A stretch of DNA of 64,000 nucleotides from Utricularia gibba (Eukaryota > Plantae > Magnoliophyta), in the NCBI GenBank assembly GCA_002189035.1, contig CM007991.1:1054001-1118000 (forward strand), read 5' to 3'. The notes below the pieces were generated by a model that had not been told where the DNA came from, made no database searches, and worked only from the letters and a program-made list of their open reading frames with translations. Positions 1-18,911 of the stretch are shown piece after piece. Within the stretch, counting starts at the first letter, position 1. Each line of letters opens with the position of its first letter. The position numbers and the translations under genes are program-made.

Positions 1-24
1 TTGGTCGCCCTTCTTTTTTTGCAG

Positions 25-150
25 CAACTGGGACCTGAAACTCCAAGATGAATGCATTCCTTGGCATTTCAAGGTTTGGGGGTGCTTCCCTCTTTGTCTT
101 GTGTTACTGGTATTTTTTTTTGTTGTCTGATGTTCACTGAGCAGCTCTAA
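25..150 (+). CDS. Possible terminal exon(s) of a gene entering from the left of the window; product unidentified
   Basis: Pyrimidine tract + cag acceptor at 24, exon 25-73, GT donor at 74, 71-nt U-rich intron to gcag at 144, then CTC TAA. Frame is ambiguous (..NWDLKLQDECIPWHFK|L* or QLGPETPR*). Confidence 0.3.
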
Positions 151-531
151 GCATGCCAGAAAACTTGTTGGAATTGTGTATGTTCTCTTGTTTCCGCGTA
201 TAATGCCAACAAAGTTCATCTACCAGACTACAACCCTGGACATGCTTCCTTTCTAAGTGATAGTATCCCGTCTTGCAAGATTGATCGATGCAACCTGGTG
301 ACATTATTTAACAAGAAGGCATGTGTTATTACAAACCTAAATGCTGTGACTGTGACCGTCTTAACAAGTCATTATATCCAACCCCAGTATTAGCATAAAT
401 AGGAAAAGCACATATATATATGTATATTCACATGATCACAACACAAGTTTGCTCTCACATGGAAGAAGCAAATAGCATTCGAAATTTTCCAAAGCATCCT
501 TCAGCTCGGACAGTAACGATATCACCAGAAT

Positions 532-2008
532 TTACCCCGGAATTTGGCTTTCAATTCCATCAGGAGATCTCCTTTCAGGGTCTTCCTCCTGTGCTTCATC
601 TTTGTTATCAGAAACCGCCAGCGCAGCAGACAACTCATTTTCATCTGATTTGGCTACAGGGGGTTTCTTCTCTTGCTCCTCTGCTTCATCAGGTTTCCCC
701 TTTTTTGGATTAGCATTTCGAGTATGGGGTTTTGAAGGGGAGATTTTAGTCAACTTCTTTGCCGCAGCATTGTCTTTAGGATGAGGATTCAGCTTAGAAG
801 CAGAAGAAAGATCGCCATTTTCCACGGGTTCACTGACCCTGGGAGACGTTCCCTTGCTCTTTCCAAGCTTGGGGGATTTTGGGCGTGTAGTTGGGATCTA
901 AGCAGATGCAACGAACTGATCGTGAAAACAGAAGATTCCACAAGTTCGACAAGCAAGCATATTATCTGGAAGTTACCTTCTTCAATTCGACTTTCGGTGG
1001 AGGTTCCCTGTAAAAAGTTGGCATTGGAGTGGCCTTGAACGCCAAGCTCTTTCTCAGTTGCTTAATTTCCGCCTCTTGACTTTCCTGTAAAACGCAGAAT
1101 GTGAACATTGACAAGAAAACACCCACCAAATATAATAAGCTTGACGAACCTTGGATTTTGCCTGTAAGTTCGTTTTTTCAGCTTCCTTGGCCTGTATTTT
1201 CTCTTCTATCTTTGAGAAGAACTGATGCGCGATACAAGAACTTGGTATCAAAACCTTGCAAGATAGCCAAATGGCATGGTGGAACTCAGAACTTTACCTG
1301 TTTTCGCTTCTCAGCACGTTCTTCCAGCCTGAAGGAAAATGTTGAGACGTTGATCCTCTGCCTGCAGAGAACAAATACAGCTTTGACATCAATGATTCAA
1401 GGAATCATACAACAATGAACAGGATGATCATACGAGGAGCGGTCCTCTTCTTCTTCCTCCTTCACGCTCACCGCACCATTTCTAGGCAGGGCTGCTGGAG
1501 ATTCTCCTTGATTCTTAGCCTTGTGACCATTCACAAAACCCTTGATATTTGCTCCTAAATGACTTTTTGATTCAGCATTTCTACAATTTTTCAGGGATTC
1601 CGTGGCCTTTCCAGGGAAAACATCGGAGCTTCGCTTGATGGCTTCGGCATGAGTGTCCCGGGTAAAAGGAAAGGAGAGGCTCTTCGACATGTCTGCCTTC
1701 TTACGGCGGTTCAATGTAACTGACGCCTTGGTATCAGATCGATTCTTCACAGATTTCCCATTGGTTTTACCATCGTTTGATGATTTACTCCAGGATAACG
1801 CCGCCGGCGAATCCACGTCCCTCGCGGTGGAATCAACGGCGGTCACGTCCTTGATCCCATCGTCAGAAACTTGAGTTTCAACGGTGGAGTGCTCGAAACT
1901 GTTACTGACATTCTCCTTGTTCACATCCACAGATGAACCTTCAGAGTTGGAATTCTCAAAGACAACACGCTTCTCATCTTCAACTGAAACCCCATTTTCA
2001 GATTCCAT
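532..2008 (-). CDS. WDL: WVD2-like (WDL) TPX2-domain microtubule-associated protein, 5 coding exons
   Basis: Starts [16 protein letters not shown]. Spliced exons read [14 protein letters not shown]|[24 protein letters not shown]|[36 protein letters not shown]|[12 protein letters not shown], the KLEEK/TPX2 domain. All introns GT-AG and in frame. Confidence 0.92.
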
Positions 2009-2954
2009 TCCAAGAAAAACTCAGATATCTTTCCCTAAAAAAAAAAGGAAAAAAACGTGAAAATCCCAGAGATTCGCAGATTCGAAAATTCAAACCAGAT
2101 CCACACTCTCATAATGCTTACTTACTACAGAAAAAAACAATCTTCCTAAAACCCAGTTAAAAACTGCCCTCAAATGGAACCCAAATGAAGAACAACCAAG
2201 AATCCACATTCAAAAAGATGATAAATCCACAAAAAAGAGCTCAGTTTCAGAACTCCGCCTACGAGATCTGTCAACTGTGGCAAAGAAATCCACAAGGAAC
2301 AAGACAAACTTACCAGAGAAGAAGATGGGAAAACACCCGACTTCAGAATGCGGCTGCTGCTTCGAGTTTCATCAATAACGATCGCTGCTTCCCCGTGCAC
2401 GGTGGCTCCAACTCGAGAATATCCACAAACCAACCACGGGGCTTCATTTCCAGAAGGCAAATTTATTCAAAATACACAACTGGAAATGAAGTGGCCGTTT
2501 CAACAGGGGCAAAACCGGCAATTCATCAAATTAATTTTCTTTTTTTTGGTAGTAAGTATGGATATTCACTCGGAAATAAATAACCTTTTTTCAGGTATAA
2601 TAATAATAAGAAGAAGATATTTTTACGTGGTTACAAGAAAAAAGCCTTCCACTCTCCCAGACATCACATGTGCGGAACCGAACCTTCTAGTAACTCTGCA
2701 CCAGTAATCATGAAAACAAAAAAAAAACATATTGCCTTATTTTTTAATCAATATTCAAATAACTAAAAAAATTAATATAATTATACATAACTAATTTACC
2801 AAGTATATAGTACAAAATTATTTTGAAGTACTTTACTTCATATTATATCTTTTTTATTCTGTTATTTGAAAAATATTTATTAACCAACAAAATCACATGC
2901 TCCCCGCCACCGCTAGACAAGCCGATGCACCCGCACATCGCAGCCGTCCAACGC

Positions 2955-3015
2955 GATCGACGGCCAATAACGTGCCAGATTTCATGAACAGCACGGCAGC
3001 TCACGATCGACGGTC
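2955..3015 (+). promoter_or_regulatory. Two copies of GATCGACGGY (MSA-like motif) upstream of the WDL gene
   Basis: GATCGACGGCC at 2955-2965 and GATCGACGGTC at 3005-3015 in a GC-rich island within AT-rich DNA; function inferred only. Confidence 0.35.
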
Positions 3016-3554
3016 TAAGATCGGTCCATGGTGCCACGTACACACCCACGACCTTCCATGATGTGGTCAGCGGTGTCGCCTACTTCAGTTATTGCTGTGC
3101 GCATTTACCATTTCGCCCCCACCTATCCTCAAGAGATTCCGATTCCCACCCTAGAGTAGAGTTGCGTGATGAAATGACACATTGCCACGAACTGCACTAT
3201 TTGTTTTACATATATAATCCAAAGTGGCAGCTCTGGCATTGGTCACTTCTGTCCAACACATATTCCTGAATGGGTTAAGAATTTAGATGGGTCGGGGCAC
3301 GACCCGTCTTTGAGTACATAATTTGAATGGCGATTCTGTGTACCGGGCAAGGATATATGATAATATATAAATGGATTAGTAATTATTATACTTATACCAA
3401 AATATGTTTTCTCATTTATATTCATTTAAAAATTATTTCTTCTCTCAAATTCTAGAAAATATGTTTTTTCTTGTGGGTTTTCACACCTTTATTCTTGAAT
3501 ATCAAACATATAATTTATTATATATCTTATAGTTAAGTATATATATATATGTTT

Positions 3555-3602
3555 AATTACATTATATTTAAATATACTAATAGCTTACTATCAGATAAAC
3601 TC
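3555..3602 (-). repeat. Copy A of a dispersed AT-rich repeat shared with 25717-25765 (possible MITE end)
   Basis: Reverse complement GAGTTTATCTGATAGTAAGCTATTAGTATATTTAAATATAATGT aligns without gaps to GAGTTCGTTTGATAGCAAAGTATTAGTATATTTAAGTATAGTGT at 25717. Confidence 0.5.
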
Positions 3603-4202
3603 TTATATAAAAATACTTGAAAATAAGATTTGTGTATATATGTGGCAAGTTCATAATACATTAAAAATTAAATAATAAACTTATATTCTTAAATTATATA
3701 ATTTTATTTTATTATATATGTATTTTCTTAATTTTATATATTATTAATAATTCATTATTTTAATTTTATTTTCATTTTTTGAAAATTTATTTTAAAAATA
3801 TGTGGAGGGAGAGAACGTAAAATAACATAGGTGCATGCCCTCATCCGTGACTGATTTCCATTTAAAATACATAAATCCACGTGTTTAAAGGTACGTGAAG
3901 TCAAAATCCGACCATGAAAAGACAAACCAGTATGACAAAAATCATTATCTCAGGGGAGAAAAGTTAAGATACATCTAAAAAGGAAAAGGCGTGCCAATAA
4001 GTCATAATAATTACAATAACCCCCCATTCCTTCTGCTGAAATTCAAGATTGGCCCCACACGTTTCTCTATTTCACCCCACCTTGTTCTTGGAGCTGGGTG
4101 TTGACCGGGTCAGCTCGTTATGGGCCTTTAGTTACTTATTTTTCTCAGAATGCTGGGCCTCTGCCGGGCGGATCCACTTAAGGCATAGGCTAATATTAGA
4201 AA

Positions 4203-4428
4203 TATCCCAACGGTTCGACTTTAATTCATCTCAATTTCTTAAATTAAATTGTGGAAAAAGGGAAATCCGTTTTATTTTTAGAAAGCAACCGTTGGTAGGC
4301 GTGGTTCACAGCTTGTATTTAATTATCATAATGATTATTAATATTCTAACTATCCCAACGGTCCAATTTGAATTGGAAAAAGGAAAGAGCCGTTTTTTTT
4401 ATTATTATTTTTTAAAGGTACCCGTTGC
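4203..4428. promoter_or_regulatory. Degenerate tandem duplication carrying six AACGG (MSA/MYB3R-type) cores
   Basis: AACGG at 4209 and 4357 (both fit YCYAACGGYY) and CCGTT at 4267, 4289, 4390, 4422. Units begin TATCCCAACGGT at 4203 and 4351. Confidence 0.5.
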
Positions 4429-4590
4429 AGATAGAGCATCTGAGTACAGAATACAGATGCATGTCTAGAAACAGGGAGCCCGATTCTGAGAAAATGCAGC
4501 AAAGCTTCTGAAGGTAACACACAAGATTCAATCTCTTTTATTCTCTAGCAAGTGTAAAATTTGGGGTAGCAAGATATAATCCCCCAAACG

Positions 4591-5004
4591 TTAAGCAGCT
4601 TCTCCTCCTGTGGCATGAGCTTCTTTGTTGGTTTCAGCGATATTTTTCTTGGCACCTTCATTCATCAGTCTTACGATGGTTTCCTTTTCTTCAAGAAGAG
4701 TTTCGAGCTTCACATTGATTTTCTCCAGTCTCTTCCTCAACTTCTCAGGATCGTTTGCATCATATTTCTCTTTCTTGTCCTTCTTCTTTTCTTTCTTCTT
4801 CTCCTTGGTTTCTTCTTCTCCCGCTATCTCTTTATCCTCCTCGTCCTTCTTCTTCTTCTTCTTGCTTTTGTCTTTCTTTTCTTCATCCTTGTCACCTATT
4901 TCACTCTTCTCCTTGTCTTTCCCTTCTTTTTCTTTCTTCTTTTTCTTTTTGTCCTCATCCTCCTTGATCTTCTGCTCTCCAACAACAGCCTTATCTTCTT
5001 CCAT
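4591..5004 (-). CDS. Small Lys/Glu/Asp-rich KED-like protein (137 aa), single coding exon with probable 5'UTR intron
   Basis: K/E/D low-complexity body followed by DPEKLRKRLEKINVKLETLLEEKETIVRLMNE, resembling the C-terminal motif of wound-inducible KED proteins; splice acceptor just upstream of the ATG. Confidence 0.65.
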   Translation of the reverse strand: MEEDKAVVGEQKIKEDEDKKKKKKEKEGKDKEKSEIGDKDEEKKDKSKKKKKKDEEDKEIAGEEETKEKKKEKKKDKKEKYDANDPEKLRKRLEKINVKLETLLEEKETIVRLMNEGAKKNIAETNKEAHATGGEAA

Positions 5005-5298
5005 GATCTCTTTCAGCTTCTGCTACACAAACAACCGTTTCAACCTCCTCTTAGCATAAGAACACTAGAAACATATTATGTGTAAATCAGCACATCAATC
5101 AACACCAAAACCAATGAAGATGGATGGTAAGCAGTAAGCACATGCCCAAGAACGAGATAAAAGAAAAACGGAGGAAATACCTTGACCCTGACCTTCAAGC
5201 TTATGGAAACTGGTGCAGAGATGAAGGGGAAAACTGGTCCATTTATAGTGTGGGGAAGATTGTCAAACGTAGGGAGGGGCCATTCTGACAACATGGGT

Positions 5299-5387
5299 AG
5301 GTACCCGCGCTACACGGACCATATGAATGGACAAGAGAGTATGACAGGTGTCCGCGTTCAATATGGATAGGTGTCCCGCGACACGGA
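5299..5387. repeat. Three degenerate AGGT(G/A)(T)CC(C)GCG repeats with ACACGGA, possible non-autonomous DNA transposon remnant in the KED leader intron
   Basis: AGGTACCCGCG at 5299, AGGTGTCCGCG at 5346, AGGTGTCCCGCG at 5369; ACACGGA at 5312 and 5381. No TIR/TSD identified. Confidence 0.4.
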
Positions 5388-6398
5388 TACGCGTCCACAT
5401 TCCTTTCCCTGATGGAAATACACAAGAGAATCAATATAATGGCACCCAAGAAGATCAAATACGTCAAGTATAAAAATGATGAAGGTTTCACTTCAATTCC
5501 GAAGATCAATCCCATAGAGGCAAAAACCTAAAAAAATGCCTGTAAAGCTCCATCCCCAAAAGAGGGGCATCCAAAGAGGGATCTGTGAAAGCATCTGCGA
5601 CATCCCACTAAGCAAATCTGGGAATGAATGGAAAAGGCCACACGCTGTAAAGAGTTTCTCGAAGGATCGGAAGAGGCTCGCACGAGACGAAGAGGATAGC
5701 GATGAGAGTCCCATCCCTGTTCTTACAACGCAGCAATTGCTTCTTGTTGTTTCCATTATACGAGATTTTGACATGTCATGTAATTTTTTAATTTATTCGA
5801 TATTAAATAAGATTGATATTAATCTACGGAATAAATAATTTCAAAAACATTTATATGTTTAAATAAGTTTTATTTTATAAATTTTTATAATTAAATTTAT
5901 GTATAATATTATTAAAATACATATAATAGATAATTATTCTAAATATATATAGTAAATATAGTATTATTTTAAATAAATAAATAAAGTGATATACGTGTAT
6001 ATATATATATGTATTAAATAATTTTAACCATATGATACGTATTTACTTAAAAATAAATAACTCGAATATACAATTAATTCAAAAGGTACGTATAATATCT
6101 TTAAGTTATTTAACATGGGGGTATGATAAATGGGGAACAACTGGCGTTAGTGGGCTATGAAACAGGCCGGCCCAGTAATGGGATCCCGGCTTCTTTTTAA
6201 ATTCCAAAGTTGCCCTCATAGATTAGCATTAATCCCAGACATATCCCCGCCGAAAAAACCAACGTTCAGAACACCGAAACCAAGAGACAGTGGCGGTCTC
6301 TAAACTTGCCCTCTTCTCTCTCTCTCTTCCACTCCCCCTCGAATTACATTAATTCCTCATTGATTTCTTGATCGGGCGCTTGTGATCTCTCTCCAGCC

Positions 6399-14520
<8,122 letters not shown>

Positions 14521-14951
14521 GGAGAGCATGCAGCTTGACTATTATAAGGCCTGATGTGTTGATAAGTTAAGAAGAAGCGACATCAATCGCAATGACGTCG
14601 ATGGTGTCTCCTCCAACCCCGCCTGTCTGATATAAGCACGCACCCCTCACCTCTCTTATGACGACGCGAGTTGGAAGTGAAGCTCCTCCCATTTGTTAGA
14701 TGCACATTTGTTTTCCGTTCACCTTTTGGGGGGCCTGCCTTTTTAGAGTTTTGTTTTCCCTTCCCTTTTTCCCCTTTGTTTGTCCAAGCAGAAACCACAG
14801 TCTCCCTTCCCGTGTAATTTTTACACTGCGTGCCTGCATCCATTATCGCCTTTTGGTCCATGGGTTTGTAAAGTTGGTTTCATCTAATCTAGGAAATAGT
14901 CAGTATCTATTTGTTTGTTGGATTAAATAAGTAGTATTACCAGTGATGTGA

Positions 14952-15024
14952 GCGCCTGTAGCTCAGTGGATAGAGCGTCTGTTTCCTAAGCAGAAAGTCG
15001 TAGGTTCGACCCCTACCTGGCGCG
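14952..15024 (+). tRNA. tRNA-Arg(CCT): tRNA-Arg, anticodon CCT, intronless, nuclear type
   Basis: GCGCCTG acceptor arm, A-box TAGCTCAGTGG, anticodon stem TCTGT-TTCCTAA-GCAGA, B-box GGTTCGACCC; 73 nt. Confidence 0.97.
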
Positions 15025-15036
15025 CGGTGGTTTCGC

Positions 15037-15042
15037 TTTTTT
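15037..15042 (+). terminator. RNA Pol III oligo-T terminator of the tRNA
   Basis: T6 run beginning 13 nt after the tRNA 3' end. Confidence 0.8.
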
Positions 15043-15132
15043 GACGTCGAAACCCTGAAACTAGAACAACAGTGTATTCCGGACTCAAACCTCAGAGACA
15101 AGAAATAAGCATGCAAATGTAAAGCGGGTCAT

Positions 15133-15771
15133 CTAAACAGTGGCGGTGGTTGAAGCTCGGTGAAAACATGGGGGCTGGGAGAGGCAGGTCATGGCATGGA
15201 TGAGCTTCCGACGAGGTCCGATCGCGTCGAATCCCATGTCTTTCAGCTTCTTCATATCGAGTCTGAGTAGCTGAAACTTGTTCAACCCTGTGCTCTTGAA
15301 TGACTTCACAAAACAGTTGAGCCCCAAGGAAACAAGCCAATTCTCCAATCCTCCAGCGCTCTCAATCTTCCTATCTACAAGCCCTGCTCTCATTCTATGA
15401 TCCAGGAGCACACCACTCTCTATGCACACCCTCACGTCCCGCACTGCTTCTCCCAAACTGCGTGCTTTCGGGACAAATCCTGCTGCTTTCGGATGAGCTA
15501 AATCTCCTGATGCAGTGGGAGGAGGAGTCACTGCCACTTCTGCTGCCACTGCTAAATTGGATTCATTGGGAGGAAGGGGCAGTCGCATGGTTGATGACGA
15601 TTGAGAGTTCTCTGTTTTCAATTTCTGGTCTGCTTCCTGGAACTCATTACCAGGCAATGGTGGAATCAAGATGGTGATTCTCTGCTTCTTTACCATCACC
15701 CAGTCCTCTTCTTCACTCGAATTGGGGATTCCCTTCTTCCGGGAAGATTGCATCCGTTTCTGCTTCACCAT
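15133..15771 (-). CDS. Sterile alpha motif (SAM) domain protein, intronless
   Basis: First ATG at 15771 (MVKQKR; the ORF-track start at 15810 is TTG). Contains EEEDWVMVKKQRITILIPPLP and C-terminal SAM GGLENWLVSLGLNCFVKSFKSTGLNKFQLLRLDMKKLKDMGFDAIGPRRKLIHAM. Confidence 0.88.
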   Translation of the reverse strand: MVKQKRMQSSRKKGIPNSSEEEDWVMVKKQRITILIPPLPGNEFQEADQKLKTENSQSSSTMRLPLPPNESNLAVAAEVAVTPPPTASGDLAHPKAAGFVPKARSLGEAVRDVRVCIESGVLLDHRMRAGLVDRKIESAGGLENWLVSLGLNCFVKSFKSTGLNKFQLLRLDMKKLKDMGFDAIGPRRKLIHAMTCLSQPPCFHRASTTATV

Positions 15772-16190
15772 AGTCCTGCAGTTCTGTATCCGAAACTCGA
15801 ATGCTTCCAAAAAACCTAGAACCCCTAAATCAGCCTATAAGAGATATCATCCATCTATCAGAGCCGACTCTGAAGTATACCGTACTCACTCAACCGAATT
15901 TTGACGAAAATTCGCCGTGGCCGAAGCTCCTCCTATGTTATTTCGTCGCCGCCGGAAACTCTTCACCGCCACAAATCACAAACCCGCAAATTCGCAGCCG
16001 GAGAAAAAAAATGAACTAAATACAAAATTATAACCGTTAGTATGATTATCTTTTCCAAAGAGAAAAAGCTAAAAAACGCACATTTTTTGTTAATATTATG
16101 AAATAAAACACGATCCCTACAAATAAAAGACGATCCATTCGTCGTGCGGAGCATGCAGCAGAACCCTTCTCTGCAATCTGCACCGCACAT

Positions 16191-18911
16191 CTAGGAGTGA
16201 AGTCCGAATCCAAATGGGAACAGAGGATCGTAATTCGAGTCTCCGACGTTCATCGGAAGTTGATCGACGCTCTTGAACCAAGTGCGCGGCAGTTTTCCAC
16301 TGAAAGCGAAGTCGCCGAACAGAACATCGGCAACACCTTGGCCTTCGGTTCCCGGAAGCCAAGCAGCAACGAGTGCATCGATGGATTCAAGATACGGCTT
16401 GATCACGACAGGCCGGCCGGTAATCAACACGACGACGCACTTCACGGCTGTGCAGACGTTAGTTATGGTGGTGTACGCAGCGAGAGGCAGCGTCAAATTT
16501 GAGCTGTCTCCAACTCCCTCTGAGTAGGGTGGTTCTCCGACCACAACAATGGCGTAAGAGAAGTTACTGGAGCTGAGGAGCTTCTGGCTAGGGCTTTCAC
16601 TGAAGGTCACTTGGGACGTCGAACCAACAGTGTTCTTTATCGCTTCCAGAACTGTCGTCCCTGATAAAAACCAAGAGGTTCAGCAAGCATGATCGGGTTA
16701 TAAATGAAGCGTTTTCAGCTTTACCAACTGTGATGTTCCCACTTAGTCCCTGCCACTGAATTGTCCAGCCGCCGCACTGGTAACCGATGTTGTCGGCATG
16801 GCTTCCTGCGACCAGCACTCTTGATGCGTTCTTTGGCAGTGGTAACAATGGCTCATTAGCAGATTTTCCGTTCTTTAGCAGAACAAGAGATTTTCTCACC
16901 GCCTCCCGTGCGAGCTCCCTATGCTCCTGTTGAGATTAGATCCAAACTGAAGTTGACAGGGTGTTGCAGAACTACCTGATTCGGGGGTGACATAAAGACT
17001 AACCTTGCATCCAACATACTTGGCCAGGGTATAATCTGACAGGGGATTTTCGAAGAGTCCCATCGTAAACTTGACTCTCAAAATCCGTTTCACAGCATCA
17101 TCGATGCGACTCATTGGAATGAAGTCCTTTTTCACCAAGAAGGTTAGCCCGTCGATGAACTCAGTGTAGTTGAAAGGAACCATGACCTGGAATTGAGAGC
17201 AGTCAATGATAGAAATCCAACAGGATCCATCTTAGACATGAAAGAAGATACATTGTGGACTAACCATGTCAATGCCGGCACTAATTCCAGCAAGAATGGA
17301 GTACGTATAGTTAGCATGAGGTGGAGAAGTGATGAGGTCAATACCCGTATAGTCTGATATGACAAAGCCCTTCAGAAAGTGCACATACAAAGAGAAAGTG
17401 AGATGCTTAGCCAGAAATCAGGTATCTTTGGTTCAGATTCTGACTTCCAAAACTGATGGTTATTCCACAGGATTCTATCTTGAATTCTAAGCCAGAAACA
17501 TGACATACCCATTATGCCAAGAGTTTCATAGGGAGTAGCTTTGTTTTTACCCGAAAGTGTAGTTTTCCCTTCAGAAGACCAGTGATTAGATCACGGTTAG
17601 CGTGCATCTTTATCCCATTCAAGCTTGAATAGGAGGCCATGACAGTTGCCACGCCCTTGATGACTGCAGCATGATATGCAGGGATATGGATGCTACGCAG
17701 CGCATGTTTGCTCACCACTGTATTATTGGCATTGATACCTTTTACAGTACCACCATCACCAACGTAGTGCTTGGCGCATGCTGCAACTTTATGTCTGCAG
17801 AAAACAGTGAATCTCAGTGAAACGGTGCTTTGCTATATCAGTAGAACATTTTGAACGCCAAACAGGCACAAGAAAGACAGATGCAGGAGTCATAAAGACC
17901 ATCAAGTATAGGAGGGCGTGGATACAACATACTTCCTAGCATCGACATAAGGAATGCCAGGGGGGGAATCAGCAGGTATATCTCCTTGTAGCCCCGGTAT
18001 GATCTCTGTCATTGCTTTTACAACATCAGGATCTTCACTGTAGCTCTCATAACACCTCCCCCACCTAGGGTCTCTACAAACCTTTGTATCAAAATAAAAA
18101 GCACAACTTCAAAATAGTAGATGGCTTCCATTTTTTCAATGCAATCGCATAATTCCATAGAATTTTGAACATTCTTTTACAGAAAAACTTTTGCAGATGA
18201 AATAAGAAGATATATTACAGCAATGCAAGGGGCAAACGTGTAAGGAATCCCAGTTGCTCTGAGTTCAAGGGAAGTTGCTGCTCCAATTCTCTTGACAAGT
18301 TCAGGATCTCTGCTCAAATCAAGAAATGACAATACTGAAAATAAGGATGGTTTTGAGCAATGCAACAAGAATGAAAGCAGAAACATGACATGCCTAGTTG
18401 CTCCTAGGCCAACATTGTGGGGGAAAACTGTAGCCCCATACACAGTGTTGTGTCCATGAATCGCATCTATCCCATAAATCATTGGAATCTCCAGACGGGC
18501 CAGCAATGATCCATTTTGGAGATTGTTAACCATATCTACCCACTGCTCTGGTGATGCCTTAGGGCCTGGAGCACTGCCTCCACCACTCAACACACTCCCT
18601 GCCCTCATGAAGTGAATGCGTTAGAGTATAAGCATGAAACATAATCCATGAATTGGGTTTTCACAGAAACAGGAGCAGATCATTGGACCTATGAAGTACT
18701 TCTTGAGGACTTCAGGTGATGCCACAGTTCGTTCTATCTGCACCATCTGGCCTATCTTCTCCTCTAAGGTCATCCTGTTCAGTAAGTCCTTGATCCGGCG
18801 GCTTATCGGCTTTTCAGGGTCCTTGTATAGAACATAATCCCCATGTGATGCTGCTCGTTCCAAGCAAGTGACTAACAGAAATCCGATCACAAACAGCAAG
18901 CCTTTCCCCAT
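16191..18911 (-). CDS. Glycoside hydrolase family 3 beta-glucosidase / exo-beta-glucanase (barley ExoI-like) with signal peptide, 9 exons
   Basis: [16 protein letters not shown] signal; [50 protein letters not shown], nucleophile motif [16 protein letters not shown], acid/base [18 protein letters not shown]. Confidence 0.96.

Noticed and set aside
420-1874. Several plus-strand ORFs over the WDL gene
   Set aside because: Antisense to recognisable WDL exons with no family motifs.
4615-5085. Long plus-strand F/L/S-rich ORFs (156 and 144 aa)
   Set aside because: Antisense shadows of the purine-rich KED-like CDS; low-complexity artefacts.
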